Shown here piece by piece: positions 9,738-20,126 of a DNA stretch of 64,000 bases. The stretch's first letter is position 1; every line of letters begins with the position of its first letter. The DNA is from Candidatus Dojkabacteria bacterium (GTDB lineage Bacteria; Patescibacteriota; Dojkabacteria; J137), in the NCBI GenBank assembly GCA_040006935.1, contig JBDTVZ010000001.1:423772-487771 (forward strand), written 5' to 3'. The notes beneath the pieces are model-generated. The model did no database searches, was not told the DNA's origin, and saw nothing but the letters and a program-made list of their open reading frames with translations. The position numbers and the translations under genes were made by a program.

Positions 9738-10793
9738 TTATTGATCGGACAAACCTTTAAGTGCTAATCCAAGTGCAACATTAAAGCTTCTTATATTTAC
9801 TGCTTTTAGCTTATCAGCCACAGCACCATCAACTTCAATATTTTGTAATGGATCTACAAGAGTTGTGTTTATATTTGTTTTAGTTTTCATATATTCATCA
9901 AGTTTAGGTAGAGCAGAGCCACCACCAGTTAAGAAAATATTCTTGATAGGTTCTCCTCCTATTTTTTCCTGATAGTAAGTTAATGTTCTTCCAACTTCGC
10001 TGACTAAAATCTGCACAATTGGTTCAATTGATTTAGCAATTTTTCCTTCGTCTGCATTAAAATCTAATCCATATGTAACTTTATATTTTTCTGCTTGCAT
10101 TGGATCTAGTCCGAAATCGGAAGATATTATTTTTGTGACTGCATTTGAACCCGTTCCAACTGATTGAGAAAATATTACTCCAGAATTTCGAGAGAGAAGA
10201 ATATTAGTATTTTCTGCTCCAAAATCTACAATCATAAAAGTTTCAGTTGGAGGTAAGGAGTAACCATGCGCTACTAATCTTGCGATTGCTAAAGATTCAG
10301 TTTCTATTGCAAGTAAATTTATTCCTGCTTTGGACATTATGTCCTGATATCTTGTTATTAAAGTTTTTGGAGCAGCAACAACATACCAATTCACAAAAGT
10401 ATTTCCTTCGACACTTTTCTCATCTACATCCAGAAAAGAAACATTTACACTTTCTAAGGGAACAGGTACTAATGATTTCAAAGAAAAATTAATTGCTTCT
10501 TCTACCTCCTCATCTTTTACCTTTGGTAGAGATAAAAGTCTTGAATAAACTGCAACTTCTGGAACAGACATTACACAATTTTTAGTACCAATATTTGAAG
10601 CCTTAATAGCTTTTAAAACCTCTTCCGAAAGTTTCTGGGATCCTTGTTCAGAATCATTGTCTAACATTCCAATAGCCGTAGGCTGTGAACTTAATGTTTC
10701 TAATTTCACTTTTGTTCCATTGTATTTAAGTTGTGCTACCTTTAAAGAATGATGTCCTAAATTCAGACCAAAAAATGGAGGTATATCAGGCAT
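9738..10793 (-). CDS. pilM: type IV pilus assembly protein PilM
   Basis: actin-like fold motifs VDFGAENT, LTGGGSAL, VALGLALK. Confidence 0.92.
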   Translation of the reverse strand: MPDIPPFFGLNLGHHSLKVAQLKYNGTKVKLETLSSQPTAIGMLDNDSEQGSQKLSEEVLKAIKASNIGTKNCVMSVPEVAVYSRLLSLPKVKDEEVEEAINFSLKSLVPVPLESVNVSFLDVDEKSVEGNTFVNWYVVAAPKTLITRYQDIMSKAGINLLAIETESLAIARLVAHGYSLPPTETFMIVDFGAENTNILLSRNSGVIFSQSVGTGSNAVTKIISSDFGLDPMQAEKYKVTYGLDFNADEGKIAKSIEPIVQILVSEVGRTLTYYQEKIGGEPIKNIFLTGGGSALPKLDEYMKTKTNINTTLVDPLQNIEVDGAVADKLKAVNIRSFNVALGLALKGLSDQ

Positions 10794-10814
10794 AATAAAC
10801 AAATTTAAAAACTA

Positions 10815-11732
10815 TCAATATGAATTTATTGCACTATTAGAAATTAAAGCATAATCAAATGCACTATCCATTTGTGGAGCTAAAGGAATTTGTGTAATAA
10901 CTTTAGCTAAAGGAGAAGTGTTATCATTTGTATCTATGCTTGTGGAAACGAATTCTCTTATTTGATAAGGGAAGCTTGCTGCATTTTGTGCAACTACATT
11001 GAATTTTACACTTCCATTTACCTGAGTCATCCTTGGTGTCAATGAAATATATAAAACATTATCCGATGCAGCAAGTCCATTAACACCAGCCGGTGTTAAT
11101 GTAATTCTTGTTGTTGTGGGTTTATTTGATGGATCTGAAACTTGGAAATTTATTGAATGAACTGCATTTGGTTGATTGTATGGATTGTCTCCAGCTAAAC
11201 CAGTATAAATTCCAGCTAAATCATAAACATCTTTAATAACTCTTAAATTTCTAGATGCATCCTGCACAACCAAGGTGAATTCTATTGCTGCAGTTTTATC
11301 CCAACTTACATCGACACTTGCTGCGTAGCCTGTAGAATTTAGAACAAAAGACTTATCTTTTAATACTTCAAAGTTTTGAACATCTTTTCTATTATTAATA
11401 TCAACATCTGTTTTAAAGTTTGTACTTCCTAAGCTTGAGTCCTGAACGGTACATTTATAACTAACTCCTGCTTGTAAAGCCTGGCATTCGGAAAAAGTTT
11501 GTGGGAGTGTATCTAATGGTTTGTCATATTTACCAAAATTATCAATAATTTTTCGAACTTGGGTTTCGGATGCGTTATAAAGTTTTTCGTACTTTTCGGA
11601 AGTTGCAACTTGTGTTACATCTCGATTAGATAAAGTTACTAAACCGACTACAACAATTCCAATGATTGTTAAAACCAATAGAGTAATTAATAATACTTGG
11701 CCATCTTTTGTTTTTACTTGTTTATATCCCAT
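10815..11732 (-). CDS. PilX/GspK-like minor pilin
   Basis: KDG|QVLLITLLVL leader without Glu+5; AYNA-like LYNASE motif. Confidence 0.65.
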   Translation of the reverse strand: MGYKQVKTKDGQVLLITLLVLTIIGIVVVGLVTLSNRDVTQVATSEKYEKLYNASETQVRKIIDNFGKYDKPLDTLPQTFSECQALQAGVSYKCTVQDSSLGSTNFKTDVDINNRKDVQNFEVLKDKSFVLNSTGYAASVDVSWDKTAAIEFTLVVQDASRNLRVIKDVYDLAGIYTGLAGDNPYNQPNAVHSINFQVSDPSNKPTTTRITLTPAGVNGLAASDNVLYISLTPRMTQVNGSVKFNVVAQNAASFPYQIREFVSTSIDTNDNTSPLAKVITQIPLAPQMDSAFDYALISNSAINSY

Positions 11733-11740
11733 AAACTTGT

Positions 11741-12274
11741 TTATAGCTCATAATTTCTTGTTGATACGGATGTTTGCTTTAGGACATTATTAACATTGAA
11801 ATTTAAATTTGTGTGCGCACCTACTAATGTAATTAAAATATTTTGTCTCGATTTATTTGTTGGATCCGAAAAACCCATATCAAAACTAACGGTAGTAAAT
11901 TTAATACTTGCGCTGCTCATATAAACGTTTACATTTCCTGTACTTAAAACATGATCCTTACACATTCTATCACCACACTTTGTCCATTGGTATTTTTCTC
12001 CATCGAGAATAAGTTCGCATACAACAGTAGAGGAAGGACCACCACAATTTGTAATTGTATCTGAATTTCGAATATCCCTTGAGATGAGTGAAGATACATT
12101 GGAAACTTCCTCTCTAACAACGCTTCGTGCAAGAATTTTAAAAGTTATTTGAAGTGAGAGTATAAGTACACTAAAGAGCATAGTCATTACAACACCCATT
12201 ATTCCTAAGCTAACTACAATTTCTACAAGAGAATATGCTTTTAATTTTTTTTTAGATTTTCTTAAACGAATCAT
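11741..12274 (-). CDS. minor pilin (PilW/GspJ-like)
   Basis: KA|YSLVEIVV class III signal; ISRDIRN. Confidence 0.8.
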   Translation of the reverse strand: MIRLRKSKKKLKAYSLVEIVVSLGIMGVVMTMLFSVLILSLQITFKILARSVVREEVSNVSSLISRDIRNSDTITNCGGPSSTVVCELILDGEKYQWTKCGDRMCKDHVLSTGNVNVYMSSASIKFTTVSFDMGFSDPTNKSRQNILITLVGAHTNLNFNVNNVLKQTSVSTRNYEL

Positions 12275-12818
12275 ATCGATTGCTTTTGAAAGTAACTGTT
12301 ACTGGGTGATTATCAGAATTATAAATTGCAACTACTGTCATTTCGAAATAACTTTGCACACCATTTGTTACAACACTAGTTGCGATAGGAAGAATTTTTA
12401 CTTGTACACAAACATCAGGGAGAGTAAATCCAGTATTGGTTTGTGTTTCTGGTGCTCCTGCAGCATTCAATGTTGTCGAACTAATTTTGTATTGGCTATT
12501 TGCATCACAAGTAGTTATTTGTTGATCTAAAGTTTTTTCCAGATACGAGCCGTTAGTATTTTTAGTCAATTTAAAAAAAACAGGACTTGTTTGCTGATTA
12601 GTTGCAAAAGTATCATCAGACACAAATACATTTGAAGGAGACTTTACAATTTCCATCGCATTCACTGCCAATCCATTTACATAATCTTCAGTTTGATTTT
12701 GCCTAACTACAACAAAGGAATTTGAAACCAAAAGCATAGAGCCCAATATTGTTGAGGAAATAATTCCCAACACAACTAGAACTTCTACTAAACTTGATGC
12801 TTTTAGATTCCTTTTCAT
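12252..12818 (-). CDS. minor pilin (PilV/GspI-like)
   Basis: KA|SSLVEVLV class III signal. Confidence 0.75.
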   Translation of the reverse strand: MKRNLKASSLVEVLVVLGIISSTILGSMLLVSNSFVVVRQNQTEDYVNGLAVNAMEIVKSPSNVFVSDDTFATNQQTSPVFFKLTKNTNGSYLEKTLDQQITTCDANSQYKISSTTLNAAGAPETQTNTGFTLPDVCVQVKILPIATSVVTNGVQSYFEMTVVAIYNSDNHPVTVTFKSNRYDSFKKI

Positions 12819-13334
12819 TTAATTACTAGTAATATTATTACTTGTTAAGTCTATGCTAATTTGTTTAAAATTGCCAGTAGCAGTATGAGAAATTTTAATC
12901 GTGCAAGTTCCGGAAGAATTCACAACTCCGTTAGAATCCACAGTTACAATATCACCTGTTAATCTTGAGAAACCAATAGTATTGCAATTAACACTTGGCT
13001 GTATTGTTGAATGTAAAACCTCAATAGCTTTTGCATTCGCTGTATCGTCTACGCAAGTGACTCTAGATGCTCCTTTTATACATGTTTGGAAAGCGTAAGT
13101 TGTATTTCTAAAAGCAACAGTTACATAATCCTGGGCAACATTTGGAGAGCCAGGTTTTGTTGCTGAATTTCTGGATCTATTCTGTGCTACTTGTAGCGCC
13201 GAAGCAACATCTGAAAATGCATTTTGTAATTCAATTGTAGAACGTACTTGTGTAAGAGCATAAGTACTAAATCCCAATAAGACAGCCATTATACCCATGG
13301 CGATAATTGCTTCTAACAATGTAAATGCTTTCAT
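12819..13334 (-). CDS. minor pilin (FimT/GspH-like)
   Basis: KA|FTLLEAII; LQVAQNRS. Confidence 0.78.
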   Translation of the reverse strand: MKAFTLLEAIIAMGIMAVLLGFSTYALTQVRSTIELQNAFSDVASALQVAQNRSRNSATKPGSPNVAQDYVTVAFRNTTYAFQTCIKGASRVTCVDDTANAKAIEVLHSTIQPSVNCNTIGFSRLTGDIVTVDSNGVVNSSGTCTIKISHTATGNFKQISIDLTSNNITSN

Positions 13335-13335
13335 T

Positions 13336-14127
13336 TTAGTAATTTAAAGTTATAAAATTAAGTAACTGAGTTCCAATTGCTAATGTAAAAACAAAACCCA
13401 AAAGTATTAAAGGTACGAACGGGATTAAAACTCCTTTAAATTTTCTGACTAATAGAGAATACGATATTCCAACCAAACTTCCAAGAACACAAGTTAGAAA
13501 GAATGAAATGAGCCCGAAAGTTATACCTAAAGTATATCCAATTATCATCATTATATAGATATCTCCTTCACCAATAGCCTTTTCGTGGCTTGATTTATGA
13601 ATAATAAAAATTATTCCTCCTAAAATAAATCCTGCAATAATATTTTGTATGGTTCCTAGAGTTATAAATGGAAAAGGAATTGAGCCATCAATTCGGAAAG
13701 ATATAAATTTATAAAGACCGAATAATAGATTTATAATTACAATCACTAGCAAAATCACTTTAAGAAAATTTTCTGGAATACTTAGATGAATAATGTCGTA
13801 AACAGATAAGTAGAGTAGTGAAGTGTAAATAAAGATATAAAGGACAATCAGTATAAATTTTTCCGTTATTGAGATTTCGTTACTTAATAAAACTATATTA
13901 AGACCGAAGCTAAGAACAAATCCAAAAAAGATAGAAGATAGTTCTGTAATTCCAATTGTTGCATTACTAAATTTTAAACCAGCTTTCTGTTTTGAGAATC
14001 GATATAAAAAAGGAATTAGAATGAAATCTAAATTCTTATTTATTTTCTTATTTTCGATATGAATAAGAAAAAATTTAGATAGAGTGCTGGATAAATATGC
14101 TAAGAGAATAATTAAAATTATTATCAC
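13336..14127 (-). CDS. pilD: prepilin peptidase (A24 family)
   Basis: multi-TM; VYDIIHLSIP and IGEGD catalytic Asp motifs; IPFVPLI. Confidence 0.85.
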   Translation of the reverse strand: MIIILIILLAYLSSTLSKFFLIHIENKKINKNLDFILIPFLYRFSKQKAGLKFSNATIGITELSSIFFGFVLSFGLNIVLLSNEISITEKFILIVLYIFIYTSLLYLSVYDIIHLSIPENFLKVILLVIVIINLLFGLYKFISFRIDGSIPFPFITLGTIQNIIAGFILGGIIFIIHKSSHEKAIGEGDIYIMMIIGYTLGITFGLISFFLTCVLGSLVGISYSLLVRKFKGVLIPFVPLILLGFVFTLAIGTQLLNFITLNY

Positions 14128-14151
14128 TTCCTTCTTTATAAAAATTTAAAT

Positions 14152-14574
14152 TTAGAACCAGGAAGTAACAGGAGGACATTGCGAAGTACCCGAACCTTTT
14201 ACGCTACCTGACTCTAATAAAACGCAAAGTACAAAATCAGAATTTGAATTTACATTATAAAAGTACCTTGTTCCATTATTCGTTGAAGAACTAGCTGGAG
14301 AAAGAAATCCTTTTAAAGCGTAATTTTTAAATCCAACAATACTAACTTGACCTTGTCCAAAAACGACATTTGCTTTAGTAGGAAAACTTAAATTAGCTTT
14401 TCTATAATCATTTAAAATATTTGTAATTGCAGAAATTGAATTATTTCGCTCAACGTCACGTGAGTTTTTTTGAACTATTCCAATTCCAACAATTCCCAAA
14501 ATGATAAAGATGGCGGTAACCGCCATCCCTATCATTAGTTCTATTAATGTAAAGCCTTTTTTGTTCCTTCTCAT
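14152..14574 (-). CDS. type IV pilin
   Basis: KKG|FTLIELMI; SRDVER; C-terminal Cys pair. Confidence 0.88.
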   Translation of the reverse strand: MRRNKKGFTLIELMIGMAVTAIFIILGIVGIGIVQKNSRDVERNNSISAITNILNDYRKANLSFPTKANVVFGQGQVSIVGFKNYALKGFLSPASSSTNNGTRYFYNVNSNSDFVLCVLLESGSVKGSGTSQCPPVTSWF

Positions 14575-14587
14575 TAATAAAATTTAA

Positions 14588-15022
14588 TTATTGTGGTGTT
14601 ACAGCTGTTGTGCAAGCAACGCCAGAATTACCTAATTGAATATCCCAACTTCCACCTTCGATTTTTGCACCAAAGCTATAACTTCCTCCATTAGAAGAGA
14701 AGCAATATTGTGTGTGTGAATCATCTGTAGTTGTAAGACTTGCTATCATTGGACCTTTTAAATCTACTATTTTACTTCCATTTATTGCTATTTGGTTTGT
14801 ACTAAATACAACTCCTCCGGATCCCGCAGATGGAAATACACCGAAGTTACTAAAGTATGTATTTATAGCTAGGTTTACAGAGTTAACAGTATCTCTTCTT
14901 TGAGTATTTCTCAAAGATTGTTGTACGATACTAATTCCTAAAATAGACATAGTCATAAGAACTCCGATAATACCCATTGCAACCATAAGCTCAATAAGTG
15001 TGAATGCTTTCTTTTGCTGCAT
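14588..15022 (-). CDS. type IV pilin
   Basis: KKA|FTLIELMV; RNTQR; C-terminal Cys pair. Confidence 0.88.
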   Translation of the reverse strand: MQQKKAFTLIELMVAMGIIGVLMTMSILGISIVQQSLRNTQRRDTVNSVNLAINTYFSNFGVFPSAGSGGVVFSTNQIAINGSKIVDLKGPMIASLTTTDDSHTQYCFSSNGGSYSFGAKIEGGSWDIQLGNSGVACTTAVTPQ

Positions 15023-15046
15023 ATTACTTAATGTATAAAAAATAAA

Positions 15047-16279
15047 TTATTTATTAACAATCTGTCCAACTTGATAAATTGGAAGATAAATCGCTATTGC
15101 CATAAATCCAACTAAAACACCTACTATTACCAAGATAAAAGGCTCTATAAGTTTTGTCAAGTTTCCTGCAATTTGGTCAACTTCACTCTCATAAAAAGCT
15201 CCGAGATCTTTTAGTACTACGTCTACACTTCCAGCCTCTTCACCTGTTGCTATCATCCTTATAATTATTAATGGGAATGCATCCTTAGTATTATACTTAG
15301 CGATTGATAATGCAAGAGAGGAGCCTTTTGCTAAATCTTCTTTTGTTCCTACCAAAATATCTTTAAATACTGCATTACTTGTAGCTCTTGAGACGATATC
15401 CACAGCTTCTATAATTGGAATTCCGCTCACCATAAGCATGGATAAAATTCTGCAAAATTCTACAATTTCTATTTTTCTAATTAAATTTCCAAAAACAGGA
15501 ACTTTTAATTTGAACGAATCAAATTGCCTTCTTCCTGCAGGAGTTCCCACATAATATCTAAATAAAAGGACTATAGAGACAATAATTATTATTGCAACAA
15601 TTAAACTTGGTATGTTGGAAAAAATATCTCCAATTGCCACAAGAACTTGAGTCACAAAAGGTAACTCTGTTTCTCCTAAACTTAAGTAAAGCTGTTTTAC
15701 TTGAGGAACCATGAATACAATCATTAGAACTAACACAGCAATCATTACAACTAATATAATTGCCGGGTAAATTAAAGCACCAGAAATTTTTCCTCGAAGA
15801 TTTTTAGACTTTTCTAAATCATCTGCAATTTTTAATAATATTTCGTTTAAATTACCACTCTTTTCCCCAGCCGCCATTAAGTTAGATTGGATTTCATTTA
15901 AAATCCCACCTTCTTTTTTAAATGCATCGGATAGAGCAGTTCCAGCTTCAATTGCTTTGTAAATTCTTGTTAATTTCTCTTTTACAGAATCCTTATCTGC
16001 TTGTTGAACAAGAATATCTATCGCTTGAATAATTGGAATTCCAGCTGTAACCATTGTAGACAATTGCCTAATTAACACTACTTTCTCATCAAGGCTCATT
16101 CCTCCAATTTCTATATTTAAAAGTCTTTTAAAATTTACTCCAACACTTTCTTGAATAATTACAGGAACCATTCCTTGAGAAGTTATAAACTCCTGGACCT
16201 CATTCTGGCTCTCGGCACTTTTTATACCTTCCATTCTTTGTCCAGTATTTGTTACTGCTATGTATTTGTAGTCTGTCAT
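15047..16279 (-). CDS. pilC: pilus platform protein PilC/GspF
   Basis: two GspF repeats (GEKSGNL...ALIYP; GEEAG...LIEP). Confidence 0.93.
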   Translation of the reverse strand: MTDYKYIAVTNTGQRMEGIKSAESQNEVQEFITSQGMVPVIIQESVGVNFKRLLNIEIGGMSLDEKVVLIRQLSTMVTAGIPIIQAIDILVQQADKDSVKEKLTRIYKAIEAGTALSDAFKKEGGILNEIQSNLMAAGEKSGNLNEILLKIADDLEKSKNLRGKISGALIYPAIILVVMIAVLVLMIVFMVPQVKQLYLSLGETELPFVTQVLVAIGDIFSNIPSLIVAIIIIVSIVLLFRYYVGTPAGRRQFDSFKLKVPVFGNLIRKIEIVEFCRILSMLMVSGIPIIEAVDIVSRATSNAVFKDILVGTKEDLAKGSSLALSIAKYNTKDAFPLIIIRMIATGEEAGSVDVVLKDLGAFYESEVDQIAGNLTKLIEPFILVIVGVLVGFMAIAIYLPIYQVGQIVNK

Positions 16280-16286
16280 TTTTTAA

Positions 16287-17993
16287 TTAGCCTCTGTTTA
16301 ATAAAATATCAAAATCATTGGGTCTATTTGCAATAATTTTAGCTGCTTCTGCAGAAACTTTTCCTTCTTTAACTAATTTAACAAGTGACTTTTCCATTGA
16401 AATCATACCTAGATCAAAACCAGTCTGTATAATATTGTCTAATTGGATACCTTTACTTTCTCTTATTGTATTTTTTACAGCAGATGTTCCTATTAAAATT
16501 TCTAGAGACGCAACTCTAGAATTATTTAACGTTTTGACAAGTCTTTGTGATATTACTGCTTGTAGAACTGATGCTAATTGGACTTTAACTTGTTCTTGCT
16601 TTTCTGCGGGGAACATATCAATAATTCTATCAACTGTTTGTGATGCACTATTTGTGTGTAAAGTTGCGAAAACTAAGTGACCCGTTTCTGCAATTCTTAA
16701 TGCAGCTTCAACAGTTTCTAAGTCCCTCATTTCTCCTACAAGCACAATGTTAGGATCTTGTCTTAAAATTGCTCTAAGCGCATTTCCCCAAGATGTAAAG
16801 TCTTGCCCTGATTCTCTTTGATCCACCATGCTTAAAGATTTCGGAAATACATATTCAATTGGGTCTTCTAATGTAATTATATGTTTACTATCTGTAGTAT
16901 TTATGAGGTTAATGATAGACGCAATTGTAGTTGATTTTCCACTTCCTGTTGGACCTGTAACTAAAACCAATCCATTTGGATATTTAGAAAATTCTTTCAT
17001 AATTGGTGGCAAATCCAATTCTTCGAGAGTTGGAATTTTTTCCGAAATAACTCTAGCAGCAATAGCCAAAGTATTACTCTCTCTAAAAATATTAATTCTA
17101 AATCTTCTACTGCCCAGACTGTAGGTCATATCGTATTCATTAATGTCTTCAAGTTTAGTTTCTTTTCTACCTTTTAATAAATCCATAACATAGCCTTCCG
17201 AATCTGCTTGTGTAACAAGTGGTGATTGAATAGTTTTAAGTTCACCATTAACTCTAATCATTACTCTATAGCCTACAGAAATATGTACATCGGATGCATT
17301 TTGTTTCATAGCTTCTTCAAGAAAATCCTTCAAAACATATGTCTTATTCACTAGGTCACCACCTGGTGGAGGAAGAACTCCTGGTGTAGTGGACTGTGTA
17401 TTATTTATTTTATTTAATTTCTCATCAAGTTTATTGGAAGGGTCAATCATTGGCTGAGCTGCTGCCGTATTTTCTACAGGTTTAATTTCTCTTGCACCAT
17501 TGGCGGAAGTCATACTCACATTACTATTAAGTATTAAATCACTTGCTCCAGATCCCACTAAACTTTCGGACTCACTACTATTAAATTGAACATTATTTCC
17601 GACTGTTGGAGCGGGAACGCTTGCTTGAGGACTAGTACCAACTGCCTGTTTTACCTGATCTAAAATAGATCCCATAGATGTCTGAGTAGGCACGACCGGG
17701 CTTTCAGGAAGTGTTTTTGTAATATTATTAATTTCTTTAGTCAAATTATTAAGATCTGCTTTCTCATTCACAATTTGCTCAGTTGGAGTTTTGCTCATTT
17801 GGATGTTGGTATCAGGCGATGTCCGAATTTCTGGCTGACCGATCTCTTGAGCTTGTGGAATTACTGAGCTTACAGATCCTTTTAGTGGAGGAAGGGCAGC
17901 TGGCGTAATTGTTGTAGTTGTAACAGTGGTTTGAGTAGGCACCGCACCATCTCCAGCTTGATTATTTCTATTTGCTATATTTATTAATGGCAC
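16287..17993 (-). CDS. pilT: pilus retraction ATPase PilT with a long low-complexity N-terminal extension
   Basis: GPTGSGKSTT, LEDPIE, LRQDPN, AETGHLVFATLHTNSA, TIRE (AIRN-like); GTG start uncertain. Confidence 0.92.
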   Translation of the reverse strand: MPLINIANRNNQAGDGAVPTQTTVTTTTITPAALPPLKGSVSSVIPQAQEIGQPEIRTSPDTNIQMSKTPTEQIVNEKADLNNLTKEINNITKTLPESPVVPTQTSMGSILDQVKQAVGTSPQASVPAPTVGNNVQFNSSESESLVGSGASDLILNSNVSMTSANGAREIKPVENTAAAQPMIDPSNKLDEKLNKINNTQSTTPGVLPPPGGDLVNKTYVLKDFLEEAMKQNASDVHISVGYRVMIRVNGELKTIQSPLVTQADSEGYVMDLLKGRKETKLEDINEYDMTYSLGSRRFRINIFRESNTLAIAARVISEKIPTLEELDLPPIMKEFSKYPNGLVLVTGPTGSGKSTTIASIINLINTTDSKHIITLEDPIEYVFPKSLSMVDQRESGQDFTSWGNALRAILRQDPNIVLVGEMRDLETVEAALRIAETGHLVFATLHTNSASQTVDRIIDMFPAEKQEQVKVQLASVLQAVISQRLVKTLNNSRVASLEILIGTSAVKNTIRESKGIQLDNIIQTGFDLGMISMEKSLVKLVKEGKVSAEAAKIIANRPNDFDILLNRG

Positions 17994-18112
17994 TATATTA
18001 AATTAAGAATTAACAATTATAAATTATGAGAAGAATTACGATTTATGAATTACTTTCCTAAATCATTTATTCTGGAATTCTCTTTTAATTTTTAATTGTT
18101 AACTTTTAATTG

Positions 18113-20038
18113 CTACTCGTTCTTGACTCTCAAGACTTCTTCGAGTGTTGTTACACCTTCGATTGCTTTTAAAAATCCATCCTGTATCATTGTAATCATT
18201 CCTTCGGAAATTGCAATATCATTGATTTCCTTGATAGTACTTTTCTTTACGATTGCTTGCGAGATAGTATCACTCATCTTTAATGCTTCAAATATACCTG
18301 TTCTACTTGTATACCCAGTGTTGTTACATTTCGGACAGCCTACCGCTTTATAAAGAATCACCTTATTAGTATTTTTATCAAAATGGAGTTTTAACTCATG
18401 CTCGGGTGTATAGATATTAAATTCATTCAATTTATCCAATTCTTTATGCATTTCTCCTAACATTTCTGGGGTAGCTTCAAAAGATTGCTTGCAATTAGTG
18501 CATAAAACCCTAACCAAACGTTGCCCAATAACTAAGTTGACAGTTGAGGAGAGCAAAAAAGGTTCAATTCCCATGTCTAGAAGACGAATAAAAGCGCCAC
18601 CCGAACTATTTGTATGAACCGTGGAAAGCACCAATCTACCTACTAAAGCTGATTGTATAGCGAGAGAAGCAGTTTCCGAATCTCGAATTTCTCCAACCAT
18701 GATAATGTCCGGGTCTTGCCTTAAGAAAGACCTTAATCCACTTGCAAATGTTAAACCAACCTCAGCATTAACCTGAACTTGATTAACTCCTTCAACTCGA
18801 ATTTCAACAGGATCTTCCAAAGTCATAATATTTACACCAACATTATTCAGAATTTTTAACGCACTTGATAAAGTTTGGGTTTTACCGCTTCCTGTTGGAC
18901 CCGTAACTAATATAACTCCTTGTGTTTTTTTCAATGCTTCTTTGAAACGTGCGAATGCGATTCCTCTCATGCCTAGTTCTTCCAGACTTAATGCACTTTC
19001 ATTCTTAGCCAAAAGCCTCATCACGATCTTTTCCCCATAAATGCTAGGCATAATGGAAACTCTAACATCAACAATTTGGTCTTCTGTTTTTATTTGGAAT
19101 CTCCCATCTTGAGGAACTCTTTTTTCGTCAATTTTTAAATCTGAAAGGATTTTTATTCTAGCAATTACAGAGTTCAATAAAGTCTTAGGAATAGTTAAAC
19201 CTTCAGTTAAAAGTCCTCGTACTCTGAATCTTACTACAACCATTTTCTCTCTTGGTTCAATATGAATGTCCGAAGCTTTATTCTTAACACCGTACTCCAG
19301 AATCATATTTACAATTCTGATGATTGGGGCATTTTCATTATCTGTAGACACATTCGCATCTTGATAACTTTTGTTTATATCTATTAAATTATCTCCTACT
19401 TCCTCCAACGCCTGATTTACATCATTACCTATTTGAGCTCCATATTTAGTATTGATAACATTATCAATTTCATCTTCCGCAGCGTAGTATGGTTCTATCT
19501 TTTTACCTATTATAGATTCTAGATATTTGATCTTTTGAAGATCAAGGGGATCCTTCATTGCCACCTTAACTTTTACTGGTAAGTCTTCAAAAACCACTGC
19601 CTGAGAAGATTTTGCAATATCTGCAGGTAATTTATTTAAAACTTCTAAATTAATAACTGCATCTGCTACATCTATATATCCAACTCCTCTCATTTCCGCG
19701 TATGTTTTCGCTAATTCTTTAAAAGTTATAGTGCTATGTTCTATTAGAACTTGATCTATAGTTTTGTTTGAATTAACTGCTTCAAATTTAAATGCGTTAT
19801 ACTGTTCATTAGTTATAATAGAACGAGCTAGGAGAGCATCTAGCAAATTTGATATGCCTCTAACAGAGACATTGCTCTGTGGAACAGCTCCAACGTTAGC
19901 TGGGGAAACGTTCACAGAAGGTTCAGAAGCGGTTTCACGACCTAGAACTTCCTTTGTTTTCTGCAGAATGTCATTTAAGGCTGCAGTTGAAACTGGAGGT
20001 GTAGGTTGGGTATTTTTATCTTGAAGAGCTGGATTCAT
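18113..20038 (-). CDS. pilB: pilus assembly ATPase PilB/GspE
   Basis: ASDIHIEP, PQDGR, GPTGSGKT, CTNC...CPKC zinc motif. Confidence 0.94.
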   Translation of the reverse strand: MNPALQDKNTQPTPPVSTAALNDILQKTKEVLGRETASEPSVNVSPANVGAVPQSNVSVRGISNLLDALLARSIITNEQYNAFKFEAVNSNKTIDQVLIEHSTITFKELAKTYAEMRGVGYIDVADAVINLEVLNKLPADIAKSSQAVVFEDLPVKVKVAMKDPLDLQKIKYLESIIGKKIEPYYAAEDEIDNVINTKYGAQIGNDVNQALEEVGDNLIDINKSYQDANVSTDNENAPIIRIVNMILEYGVKNKASDIHIEPREKMVVVRFRVRGLLTEGLTIPKTLLNSVIARIKILSDLKIDEKRVPQDGRFQIKTEDQIVDVRVSIMPSIYGEKIVMRLLAKNESALSLEELGMRGIAFARFKEALKKTQGVILVTGPTGSGKTQTLSSALKILNNVGVNIMTLEDPVEIRVEGVNQVQVNAEVGLTFASGLRSFLRQDPDIIMVGEIRDSETASLAIQSALVGRLVLSTVHTNSSGGAFIRLLDMGIEPFLLSSTVNLVIGQRLVRVLCTNCKQSFEATPEMLGEMHKELDKLNEFNIYTPEHELKLHFDKNTNKVILYKAVGCPKCNNTGYTSRTGIFEALKMSDTISQAIVKKSTIKEINDIAISEGMITMIQDGFLKAIEGVTTLEEVLRVKNE

Positions 20039-20126
20039 TATCTGTTTTAAGATTTAGACATATTATTTAACTTAGACGCTATGTATACTATTATATACAC
20101 TTAACTGGATTTATTAAAGTAGATTT

